A DNA stretch of 64,000 nt from a bacterium (lineage in GTDB: Bacteria > Electryoneota > RPQS01): contig DASXUQ010000014.1 in assembly GCA_036504735.1 (NCBI GenBank), positions 31,852 to 95,851 on the forward strand, read 5' to 3'. The first letter of the stretch is position 1. Each line of letters begins with the position of its first letter. The position numbers and the translations under genes were made by a program. The notes under the pieces are model-generated. The model did no database searches. It was not told the origin of the DNA and worked only from the letters and a program-made list of their open reading frames with translations. This document shows positions 44,757 through 53,401 of the stretch, piece by piece.

Positions 44757-45588
44757 AGCCTACTTTCCACTGGCGATTATCGCCGGACCCTGCGTCATCG
44801 AGTCGGAAGCCCTGTGCCTCGAAGTGGCCGAAACCTTCTTCGCCATCGCCGTGCGCACAGGTGTGCTACCCATCTTCAAAGCCAGTTTTGACAAGGCGAA
44901 CCGCACCTCTGTGGAAAGTTTCCGCGGTCCGGGTTTGGATGAAGGCCTGCGGATCATGGAGAAAGTGCGCCGCGAAGTCGGACTGCCCATACTGACGGAT
45001 ATTCACCTGCCCGAGCAGGCGGCTCTCGCTGCGGAAATCGTGGACATTCTGCAGATCCCCGCCTTTCTCTGCCGCCAGACCGATCTGCTCGTCGCTGCGG
45101 GCAAAACCGGCAAGCCGGTGAACATCAAAAAAGGCCAGTTCGTCGCGCCCGAAGATATGCGGCACAGCGCGGCCAAGGTGGAATCCACCGGCAACAACCG
45201 CATCATGCTCACCGAACGCGGCGCCAGCTTCGGCTATCGCGAGTTAGTGGTGGACATGCGCTCGCTGGTGAAGATGGCCGACATCGGCTACCCGGTGGTC
45301 TTCGATGCCACTCACAGTGTGCAGCGCATGAGCGGGCCGGACGGCGTGTCCGGTGGCACTCCTGAATTCATCGAGCCTCTGGCCCGCGCCGCCGTGGCGA
45401 CCGGCGCGGTCTCCGGTGTGTTTATCGAGACTCATCCGCGTGTGGCCCAGGCGCGTTCCGACGCCGCCAGCATGCTGCCGCTTGATCGTCTCGAAGGGAT
45501 GATTGTTGGATTGGTCAAGATTATTGAGGCCTTAGGCATTAACGCAAATACCGCTTCGTTTTCGCAGAATCTGGGGGAGCAGTCATGA
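44746..45588 (+). CDS. kdsA: 3-deoxy-8-phosphooctulonate synthase (KDO-8-P synthase).
   Basis: LAIIAGPCVIES, FKASFDKANRTS, VFDATHSVQ. Confidence 0.9.
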
Positions 45589-45956
45589 CGAAGAACGACG
45601 ATAGAATCCGCCTGAACGGCATGCAGTTTTATGCTCATCACGGCGCCTATGCCGAAGAGCGCTCCATGGGACAGGTTTTCGAAGTGGATGTGGAAGTGGC
45701 CGGCGATTTTTCGCGCCACGAAGGCAGCGATGATCTCCATTGGACCGTGGACTATACGCTGTTCTACCGCGCCGTCTCCGACATCTTCAACCGCGAGAAT
45801 TTTCACCTCCTCGAAACCTGCGCCAGCGTGATTGCCGATGAATTGCTCAAACGCTTTGATGTGGTGCAGGACGTGATCGTCCGCGTCCGCAAACCGCATG
45901 TTCCCATGGGTGGCGTTCTGAAGAACGTCGAAGTGGAGGTCAACCACCGTCGCTGA
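45585..45956 (+). CDS. folB: Dihydroneopterin aldolase.
   Basis: 123 aa. RIRLNGMQFYAHHGAYAEERSMGQVFEVDVEV. Confidence 0.85.
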   Translation: MTKNDDRIRLNGMQFYAHHGAYAEERSMGQVFEVDVEVAGDFSRHEGSDDLHWTVDYTLFYRAVSDIFNRENFHLLETCASVIADELLKRFDVVQDVIVRVRKPHVPMGGVLKNVEVEVNHRR

Positions 45957-46464
45957 GCTTGCCCGGCACGCCTACGTCGGCTTCGGTTCCAACCTTGGAC
46001 TCCGATCCGCCAATCTTGCCCGCGCCATCAAGACCCTGAAGGATGCCGGGCTGAACATGCTCCGCCGGTCGGCTGTTTACGAAAGCGAGCCGTGGGGTGG
46101 GGCGGAGGGCGACAACTTTTACAACGCGGTGCTCGAATTTGAGCGGCAGGGCACGGCGGAAGAATTCCTGCAGTTACTTCTGAACCTTGAAACCCGGCTC
46201 GGACGCACACGGGAAAAACCCAATGCGCCGCGCGTTTGTGATCTCGATCTCCTTCTCTGGGGTCCCGAGGTCGTAGAATCGTCAACTCTGACTGTGCCTC
46301 ATCCCCGCATGATGCAACGTAAATTTGTCCTTGTGCCGCTTTGTGAACTTATTCCGGATGTTCTGCATCCTGTAACTGGTCAAACCATGACGGAACTCCT
46401 TGCCCTTTGCACGGATCCGCTCGCGGTCTGGCGCGTCACATCCTCCACTTCCTCACGCTCATGA
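45934..46464 (+). CDS. folK: 2-amino-4-hydroxy-6-hydroxymethyldihydropteridine pyrophosphokinase (HPPK). The start was reassigned upstream to a GTG.
   Basis: The frame is open from 45922. AYVGFGSNLG and VYESEPWG motifs are encoded upstream of the track ATG at 46057. GTG at 45934 overlaps the folB end by 23 nt. Confidence 0.7.
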   Translation, partial: WRSTTVAELARHAYVGFGSNLGLRSANLARAIKTLKDAGLNMLRRSAVYESEPWGGAEGDNFYNAVLEFERQGTAEEFLQLLLNLETRLGRTREKPNAPRVCDLDLLLWGPEVVESSTLTVPHPRMMQRKFVLVPLCELIPDVLHPVTGQTMTELLALCTDPLAVWRVTSSTSSRS

Positions 46465-47099
46465 ATCGACCCCGTTATATTGCCGTTGAAGGTGTGATCG
46501 GAGTGGGAAAGACCTCTCTGGCTAATCTGCTCGCCGAACGTATGGACGGGCGGTTGGTCCTGGAGAACCCGGAAGAAAACCCGTTTCTCGATCAGTTCTA
46601 CAAGGATTCCCGACATTATGCGTTCCAGACGCAGCTCTTCTTCCTTCTCTCGCGGTTCAAACAGCAACAAAGCTTACCTGAGCCGGATCTATTTCATCCT
46701 CTTGTCGTGGCGGATTACGTCTTTGCAAAAGACCGGATCTTCGCGTACATCAATCTTAGCGAAGCTGAGATCGCGCTTTACGAAAAGGTAATGGGGCTGC
46801 TCGAAGTGCGCGTCAAAAAACCCGACCTCGTGGTGTATCTCCAAAGCTCCACCGAGCGCCTGATGCGCAACATTCGCGGCCGCAATCGTCCCTACGAACG
46901 GGACATTTCCGAGGAATATCTTCGCACGCTGAACGAAGCGTATAACCACTTCTTTTTCCATTACGAAGAAACTCCGCTCCTCGTGGTCAACGCTACGGCC
47001 ATCGATTACGTTGGCAATCTCGATCACCTCGAGGCTCTGATCGCCGAAATTGACCGGGATGAAATCGGCACCCGCTACTATAATCCGGTGGGACAGTAA
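46461..47099 (+). CDS. Deoxynucleoside kinase (dAK/dGK/dCK family).
   Basis: P-loop IAVEGVIGVGKTS. ATGA overlap with the folK stop. DRY/ERS-type motifs. Confidence 0.8.
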   Translation: MNRPRYIAVEGVIGVGKTSLANLLAERMDGRLVLENPEENPFLDQFYKDSRHYAFQTQLFFLLSRFKQQQSLPEPDLFHPLVVADYVFAKDRIFAYINLSEAEIALYEKVMGLLEVRVKKPDLVVYLQSSTERLMRNIRGRNRPYERDISEEYLRTLNEAYNHFFFHYEETPLLVVNATAIDYVGNLDHLEALIAEIDRDEIGTRYYNPVGQ

Positions 47100-47101
47100 C
47101 C

Positions 47102-47281
47102 ATGCTGTTTCGTGCGCTGCTCGTCATGTTGCTCCTGTACCTGATCGCGCGCTACGCCTCCAAAGTGCTGCGCCCGCGCGATCCCCAGCGGCAGGTGAAA
47201 GGCAATCCCCGCAATCGCGGCGGAGCGATCGACCAGGGCCGGATTCAGGACGCAACTTTTAAGGACCTCCCTGACAAATGA
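47102..47281 (+). CDS. Small (59 aa) single-TM membrane protein. Not in the ORF track because it falls below the 60-aa cut-off.
   Basis: ATG 2 nt after the dNK stop. MLFRALLVMLLLYLIARYASKVLRPRDPQRQVKG... The stop overlaps the ridA start as ATGA. Confidence 0.5.
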   Translation: MLFRALLVMLLLYLIARYASKVLRPRDPQRQVKGNPRNRGGAIDQGRIQDATFKDLPDK

Positions 47282-47664
47282 CACGTGATATCGTCTCGAC
47301 CACTCAGGCGCCGCAGGCCATCGGGCCCTATAGTCAGGCCGTACGTTTTGCCGGCTCCATCGTCTCCACCTCCGGGCAGATTCCCCTCGATCCGGCCACA
47401 GGCCAGGTTGTCGGCGCCACCACGGCGGAGCAGACCGAGCAGGTGCTGAAGAATCTTTCCGCGGTGCTCGAAGCTGGCGGCGCATCGCTGGCCTCCGTCA
47501 TCAAGACCACCGTCTTTCTGAAGAACATGGGCGATTTCGCCGAGATGAATGCGGTCTACGGCCGCTATTTTCCCAAGGACCCGCCCGCCAGAAGCGCGGT
47601 GGAAGTGGCGCGTCTTCCCAAAGACGTGCTCGTGGAAATCGAATGCCTCGCCCTCGTCATCTGA
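47278..47664 (+). CDS. ridA: RidA/YjgF-family reactive-intermediate deaminase.
   Basis: 128 aa. QAPQAIGPYSQAV...PARSAVEVARLPKDVLVEIE. Confidence 0.85.
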   Translation: MTRDIVSTTQAPQAIGPYSQAVRFAGSIVSTSGQIPLDPATGQVVGATTAEQTEQVLKNLSAVLEAGGASLASVIKTTVFLKNMGDFAEMNAVYGRYFPKDPPARSAVEVARLPKDVLVEIECLALVI

Positions 47665-48197
47665 AGGCGTTGCTCTTTGCTCTTGGCTTGGTGCTGATGG
47701 CCTCGCTGGCTTCCGCCGCCGATTCCACGCGCACCGTCATGCCGCTGCTCTCCGGGCGGCCGCAGAAGAGCACCACCGCTGCCGTCTTCATGTCCATGGC
47801 GGTGCCTGGCCTCGGACAGGCCTACACGCACAACTACATTAAGGCCGCCGCCGCGGTCGCCATCGAAGGCGCTCTCGGTTGGGCCATTTCCTTCAACAAC
47901 GACCAGTACCACGGCTACCGGCGGGCCAATCAGGTGGCCCAGCAGAATCTTGCCGCGGCCTATGCCGAAAACCGCCCGGACACGCTGGTTTACCGGAACC
48001 TGATTGACACGTTCTATGGACCCCGCGAGCGCTTCTTCAAAAACCAGCGCAATCGCAATATCTGGTGGCTGGCGGGAACCGTTATTCTCTCGATGGGAGA
48101 TGCCTATGTGGATGCCCACATGTACGGGCTCGACTTCTCCCCTGACATCACATTCAAGGGCGGAACGGTGGGGCTCTCCGTCGCCTGTAAATTCTAA
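47643..48197 (+). CDS. Hypothetical exported protein (DUF5683-like PGLGQxY motif).
   Basis: Signal peptide. AVPGLGQAYTHNYIKA motif. No catalytic signature. Confidence 0.5.
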   Translation: MPRPRHLKALLFALGLVLMASLASAADSTRTVMPLLSGRPQKSTTAAVFMSMAVPGLGQAYTHNYIKAAAAVAIEGALGWAISFNNDQYHGYRRANQVAQQNLAAAYAENRPDTLVYRNLIDTFYGPRERFFKNQRNRNIWWLAGTVILSMGDAYVDAHMYGLDFSPDITFKGGTVGLSVACKF

Positions 48198-48211
48198 CAC
48201 GAGCTGGCAAC

Positions 48212-49111
48212 ATGAGTCTATTTGATCGCATTGTCGTGGCCTCCATTCCGATGATCCCTAAATTCGTGGTCGGGAAAGTGGCCGCACCGTACGTCGCGGG
48301 CGAATCTCTCGAGGACGGTCTGCGCACCGCCCGCGCGCTGAACAGCAAGGGTATCATGGCAACGATGGACGTGCTCGGCGAGTTCGTCCATGAAAAAGAC
48401 AAGGCCGAAGCAAGCGTCAAACAATATCTCGATTTGATCGCCGGCATCGCGCGCGATAAGCTCGACGCCAACATTTCCGTCAAGCTGACGGCGATGGGAC
48501 TGGATATCGATCCGCAGTATGTGCGGCAGAACGTGCGCAAGATCATGTCCGCCGCCTCCGGGCACGGCATGTTCGTGCGCATCGACATGGAAGACTCGCC
48601 CCGCACGGATGAGACCATCAGAATCTACCGCGAGATGCGCCAGGAATCCCGCTGCGGCCTCGTGGTGCAGGCCTATCTCAAGCGCACCTCCGACGACGTG
48701 CGCAAGCTCTGCGAGGAAGGCCCGTCCAATTTCCGCCTCTGCAAGGGCATCTATGTCGAGCCCGAAGCCATCGCCTATAAGGGCAAGCAGGAAATCCGCG
48801 ACAACTTCATGCTCCTGCTCGACCAGATGTTCACCGCCGGCGCCTACGTGGGCATCGCCACCCATGATGAGTACCTGACCAAGGCCGCCGAGGAGCTGAT
48901 CAAAAAGCACAAGCTGACCCGCGACAAGTACGAATTCCAGATGCTGCTCGGCGTCAAACCCGACCTGCGCGATGCGCTCGTCTCCCGTGGCCACCGCCTG
49001 CGCGTCTACGTTCCCTTCGGCGAGTCGTGGTACGGCTACTGCACCCGCCGTCTCAAGGAAAACCCGGCCATCGCCGGCTACGTCGCCAAGGCCATGATCG
49101 GCCTCAACTGA
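48212..49111 (+). CDS. Proline dehydrogenase (monofunctional ProDH family).
   Basis: 299 aa TIM-barrel ProDH pattern (DVLGEFV..., RIDMED, LLGV). Confidence 0.75.
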   Translation: MSLFDRIVVASIPMIPKFVVGKVAAPYVAGESLEDGLRTARALNSKGIMATMDVLGEFVHEKDKAEASVKQYLDLIAGIARDKLDANISVKLTAMGLDIDPQYVRQNVRKIMSAASGHGMFVRIDMEDSPRTDETIRIYREMRQESRCGLVVQAYLKRTSDDVRKLCEEGPSNFRLCKGIYVEPEAIAYKGKQEIRDNFMLLLDQMFTAGAYVGIATHDEYLTKAAEELIKKHKLTRDKYEFQMLLGVKPDLRDALVSRGHRLRVYVPFGESWYGYCTRRLKENPAIAGYVAKAMIGLN

Positions 49112-49178
49112 GATATTCCCCTTTTCATACGGGTCACTTTGTCAGTCTGTCGAAGTGACCCTCTCTCTGAGCGCGCCT

Positions 49179-49997
49179 ATGAAACTCCCCGATCATCTCG
49201 TCAACGCCTTTGTAAACGGCGATTGCTTTCTGAAGATGGCGGAACTGCCGGAGGAATGCGTGGATCTCGTGCTCACCGATCCGCCATATGGAATCGACTA
49301 TCAGTCCAACCGCCGCGTCGCTCGCGAGAAACTTCCCAAGTTTGCCAACGACATCGACCTGAGCTGGGTAGACGATTGGGTAGATCAGGTGCACCGCGTG
49401 CTGAAAGATGACCGCCACTTCTACTGCTTCACGCGCTTCGACATGTACCCGGTCTTCTTCAATTCCATCAGCCGCCGCTTTAAGGTGAAGAACTGCCTCA
49501 TCTGGGTGAAGAACAATCACGGCAGCGGCGACCTCAACGGCTCGTTTGCTCCCCAGTGCGAGATGATCATCTTCGCCGTCAAGGGCAAACGCGATCTCAA
49601 CGGTACCCGCGAAGCCGATGTCCTGCACTGCGACAATGTGCCTTCCGCGCACCGCCATCACGCCACGCAAAAGCCCGTCGAACTCCTGCGGCAATTGATC
49701 GAGAAGAGCACCGAGCCCGGCGAAATCGTGCTCGATCCTTTTGGCGGCGTGGGCAGCACGGGCCTCGCCTGTTTGGACGTTCATCGTCCCCACGGCGATC
49801 ATCAGGAACGCGGTTATCTGCTGTTCGAACTCAATCCGAATTTCGTGGAGAAAGGCCGCCACGGAGGATTGGGAAAGCAGGAGACCTTGATTCATGTCGA
49901 AAAGCAGGCGCGCCACGATCCTCCCAAGCAGCGCCCCGCCCTCCGCACCAATCGCGTCCGTGCCCGCAAAGATCAAACCATCCCGCTTCCTTTCTGA
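49179..49997 (+). CDS. DNA methyltransferase, beta-class (N6-adenine or N4-cytosine). Apparently an orphan.
   Basis: Motif IV TDPPYG precedes motif I DPFGGVGST. No restriction endonuclease or specificity gene is adjacent. Confidence 0.75.
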   Translation: MKLPDHLVNAFVNGDCFLKMAELPEECVDLVLTDPPYGIDYQSNRRVAREKLPKFANDIDLSWVDDWVDQVHRVLKDDRHFYCFTRFDMYPVFFNSISRRFKVKNCLIWVKNNHGSGDLNGSFAPQCEMIIFAVKGKRDLNGTREADVLHCDNVPSAHRHHATQKPVELLRQLIEKSTEPGEIVLDPFGGVGSTGLACLDVHRPHGDHQERGYLLFELNPNFVEKGRHGGLGKQETLIHVEKQARHDPPKQRPALRTNRVRARKDQTIPLPF

Positions 49998-50021
49998 AGC
50001 GATAGAGTTTGTGGAATACGC

Positions 50022-50108
50022 GAACAGCCCGCTCATCGAGCGGGCTGTTCTGTGTTATGCAGACACGGCAAAGCCGTGTCGTCGGAGGGGCGGATCTTAG
50101 ATCCGCCC
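50022..50108. terminator. Cluster of three stem-loops between the convergent MTase and kbl genes.
   Basis: gaacagcccgct/agcgggctgttc (12 bp). gacacggc/gccgtgtc (8 bp). gggcggatc/gatccgccc (9 bp). Confidence 0.6.
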
Positions 50109-50127
50109 GCCTTATATACAAATCTCC

Positions 50128-51315
50128 CTACTTCACCACTCCCATTTCCCGTCCTACCTTGGCAAACGCCGCTATCGCGCGGTCCAGATGCTCCATCTCG
50201 TGTGCGGCGGAAATCTGCACACGGATCCGCGCCTGGCCCTGCGGCACAACGGGGAAGAAGAAGCCGATGACATAAATCCCTTCATTCAGCAGCCGCGACG
50301 CCATCTCCTGTGCCACCGTTGCTTCATACAGCATAATCGGCACGATGGGATGCGTTCCGGGGCGAACCTGAAATCCCGCCTGGGTAATCCCTTCGCGGAA
50401 ATACATCGTGTTGCGCTCCAGCTTGTCGCGCAGCGCCGTGCTGTGGGAAATCAGTTCCACCACCTTCAGCGCCGACGCGGCAATCGGCGGCGGCAGCGTA
50501 TTCGAAAAGAGATAAGGCCGCGATCTCTGCCGCAGCAGATCGATGATCTCCTGCCTGCCCGCCGCAAACCCGCCCGAAGCTCCTCCCAGCGCCTTCCCCA
50601 GCGTGGACGTAATAATGTCCACCCGTCCCATCACGCCCGCCTGCTCGTGGGTTCCGCGCCCGTTCTTGCCGATGAAACCCGTAGCGTGCGAATCATCCAC
50701 CATCACCAGCGCGTCGTACTTCTCCGCCAGGTCGCAGATCGCGGCCAGCGGCGCAATGTCGCCGTCCATTGAGAAAACGCCGTCCGTCACCACCAGGCGG
50801 AACCGCGACGTCTGACTTTCCTTCAGATGCCTTTCCAGATCCCCCATGTCCATGTGGCTCATGATGTGCCGCTTGGCCTTGGAGAGCCGGATGCCGTCGA
50901 TAATCGACGCGTGATTGAGTTCGTCCGTGATGATCGCGTCTTCCGCCTTCATCAGCGTCTCGAACACGCCGCCGTTGGCGTCAAAACAGGAGCTGTAGAG
51001 AATCGAATCGTCCATGCCCAGAAATGCCGCCGTCTTCCGCTCCAACTCGCGGTGCACTTCCTGCGTGCCGCAGATAAACCGCACGCTGCTCATGCCGTAA
51101 CCCCAGCGGTCCAGCGCCTCTTTGGCCGACGTCACCAGATCCGGATTGTCACCGAGTCCCAGATAATTGTTGGCGCAGAAATTCAGCACGTCCTGCCGCG
51201 CCACTTTGATCACCGCGCCCTGTGGCGACTCGATGATCCGTTCCTTCTTGTACAGTCCCGCGCTGCGGATCGCCGCCAGCTCGGTCTGAAGATATGTTTG
51301 GAATTTTCCGTACAT
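50128..51315 (-). CDS. kbl: Glycine C-acetyltransferase (2-amino-3-ketobutyrate CoA ligase).
   Basis: Colinear with Kbl ([47 protein letters not shown]). Confidence 0.9.
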   Translation of the reverse strand: MYGKFQTYLQTELAAIRSAGLYKKERIIESPQGAVIKVARQDVLNFCANNYLGLGDNPDLVTSAKEALDRWGYGMSSVRFICGTQEVHRELERKTAAFLGMDDSILYSSCFDANGGVFETLMKAEDAIITDELNHASIIDGIRLSKAKRHIMSHMDMGDLERHLKESQTSRFRLVVTDGVFSMDGDIAPLAAICDLAEKYDALVMVDDSHATGFIGKNGRGTHEQAGVMGRVDIITSTLGKALGGASGGFAAGRQEIIDLLRQRSRPYLFSNTLPPPIAASALKVVELISHSTALRDKLERNTMYFREGITQAGFQVRPGTHPIVPIMLYEATVAQEMASRLLNEGIYVIGFFFPVVPQGQARIRVQISAAHEMEHLDRAIAAFAKVGREMGVVK

Positions 51316-51335
51316 GACCGTTATCTGTGTTGAAA

Positions 51336-53348
51336 TTACTGCAACCGGACGGGCAGCACCACGAACTGCAGTCCGTGGAACATCAGCCGCCGCTGCAAAC
51401 TGATCGGTGTCTCATTGTGCAGGAAGCGCGTCCAGATCGAATCCTTCCAGAACAACAATCTCGCCGCAAAGAACACGGAATTGGGAAACTCACGGCTGAC
51501 CTCCAGGCAAAGCCGCTCGATCTCCGCCAGGTAATCAATCGCCAGACTGGTGCGCGCTGTTGCCTTCAAGCCATAAGACCGCGCCAGCAGCACGTACTTC
51601 TCCGCTTCCTTGTGCACTTCCTTATCCAGCGCGGCCAGCTCGTCCGTTCCCTTGAAATGGCCCGAGTCAATCGCGCCCACCGAGACAAAAATGTATTGCT
51701 TGAACCGCGACCCGAAGAGCCGCTGCACATTCAGCAGCACGTGGATTCCCGTTCCGCTGTAACGCTCCACAAGGATCACCGCCGTAGGTTCGCCGGGATC
51801 CAGCGGCACCGGCGCCGCGTTCGCCTCGCCAAACGACAGCGTCGTCAGAATCTCATCGATCTCCGCCACCTTCGCCTGCACGCCGCGATAATGCCGCCGA
51901 ATCTGGAAGCAGAAGGTGATCAGCGCCACCGTCACGATCATGATCAGCCATGCGCCCTTCGTGAACTTGATGGAGATCATGATGACCAGCAGCATCGCGC
52001 TCACTGCAAAACCGATGGCGCAAATCGTGAACCGGCGTTTCCAATGCTCGCCGCTCTTGCGCCGCGACCACCACAGGCGGCACATGCCCAAAAGCGCCAG
52101 CGTGAACCCGACGAACACGTTAATCGCGTAAATCGCAACCAGGATGCTCAGATTTCCGCGCGAGTAGAAGATGAACATCACCGCCGCCAGTCCCATCAGC
52201 AGAATGCCGTTCTGCGTCACCAGCCGCTCCGAGAGATGGCTGAAACGGTGAGGCAGCCACGAGTCTTCGGCCATGTTGGCCAGCACGCGCGGGCCGCCGA
52301 TGAATCCGGTCTGGGCCGCCACAAACAGCAGCAGAGACGCCGAAATCAGCATCGTCCACAGCAGCATATCGCCCACGGGAAGATGCCCGATCTTCCAGTG
52401 ACCCACCATGTTATCCAGCAGCACGGCGTTGAGCGTCTTGCCTTCCACCGGCTTGACGTCGAACAGGTAATAGTTGAGCAGGATGAAACCGGCCAGGAAC
52501 GCCAGCGAGACCGCCATGTAAAGCATCGTGCGCTTGCCGGTTGCCACGCGGGGTTCCTTCAGCGAGAGCATGCCGTTGGACACGGCCTCGATTCCGGTCA
52601 GGGTACCCGCGCCCATGCTGAAGGACTGCAGCAGCCGGAAGATCACAAACAGCCAGCCGCTTTGCACCAGCACCTTGTTGGCCTGCACCGAACTATCCGC
52701 AATGTGCTGGGGAATGGCCGGGAGATGGGTGAAGAGTCCGTAGATTACCGCCGCCGAGTGCGTCACCACGAAAATCAGGAAGACCGGCAGCAGCACAATC
52801 ACCGATTCCTTGACGCCGCGCAAATTGAGCAGCACCAGCAGTCCCACCGCCACCACGGCCACGTACATGCGGAGCACCGCCCAGTGCGGCGGCAGAATAC
52901 TGAACAGCGCATCCACACCCGACACGATGGAGGTGGCAATCGTCAGCACATAGTCCACGATCAGCGCCGATCCGGCCACCACACCCGCATTGGGATGCAG
53001 CAGCTTGGATGCGACAAGATACCCTCCGCCACCCGTGGGAAACTGCTCGATAAGCTGCGTATAGCTCGCGGAGATGATCAGCACCGTCGCCGCAATCAGC
53101 AGCGCCACCGCCGGCGCGAGAAACGTCAGGCCGCCCATCGCCCGGTATGCTTCTTCCGGACCGTAGTTGGCTGACGAAATTCCGTCCGCGCCCATGCCGA
53201 CCCACGCGAAAAACGCGATCAGCGAAATATGCTGAAAGATCCGTGGATCGAACGGATTGCGTCGCTCGCCGATAAGCTTGTGACGCACCCGAACCATGAA
53301 CGGTTCAGAAGGGGCGGGGGATGTCCGTGACGACGTCGAATCGGGCAT
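51336..53348 (-). CDS. APC-superfamily amino-acid permease with a C-terminal cytoplasmic domain of about 190 aa and unknown function (paralog 1).
   Basis: 670 aa. 12-TM permease core ([10 protein letters not shown]..., [17 protein letters not shown]). Then a soluble tail ...[23 protein letters not shown]...FVVLPVRLQ. Confidence 0.75.
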   Translation of the reverse strand: MPDSTSSRTSPAPSEPFMVRVRHKLIGERRNPFDPRIFQHISLIAFFAWVGMGADGISSANYGPEEAYRAMGGLTFLAPAVALLIAATVLIISASYTQLIEQFPTGGGGYLVASKLLHPNAGVVAGSALIVDYVLTIATSIVSGVDALFSILPPHWAVLRMYVAVVAVGLLVLLNLRGVKESVIVLLPVFLIFVVTHSAAVIYGLFTHLPAIPQHIADSSVQANKVLVQSGWLFVIFRLLQSFSMGAGTLTGIEAVSNGMLSLKEPRVATGKRTMLYMAVSLAFLAGFILLNYYLFDVKPVEGKTLNAVLLDNMVGHWKIGHLPVGDMLLWTMLISASLLLFVAAQTGFIGGPRVLANMAEDSWLPHRFSHLSERLVTQNGILLMGLAAVMFIFYSRGNLSILVAIYAINVFVGFTLALLGMCRLWWSRRKSGEHWKRRFTICAIGFAVSAMLLVIMISIKFTKGAWLIMIVTVALITFCFQIRRHYRGVQAKVAEIDEILTTLSFGEANAAPVPLDPGEPTAVILVERYSGTGIHVLLNVQRLFGSRFKQYIFVSVGAIDSGHFKGTDELAALDKEVHKEAEKYVLLARSYGLKATARTSLAIDYLAEIERLCLEVSREFPNSVFFAARLLFWKDSIWTRFLHNETPISLQRRLMFHGLQFVVLPVRLQ

Positions 53349-53401
53349 AGGTCAGAATTGGAATTGCGCTCAGGATGACGAAGACCGGTACGGCCGGAGG
53401 A

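Noticed and set aside
47050-47262. 70-aa plus-strand ORF between the dNK gene and ridA.
   Set aside because: It overlaps the 3' end of the dNK gene in another frame. The alternative 59-aa ORF at 47102 fits the intergenic space exactly and is translationally coupled on both sides.
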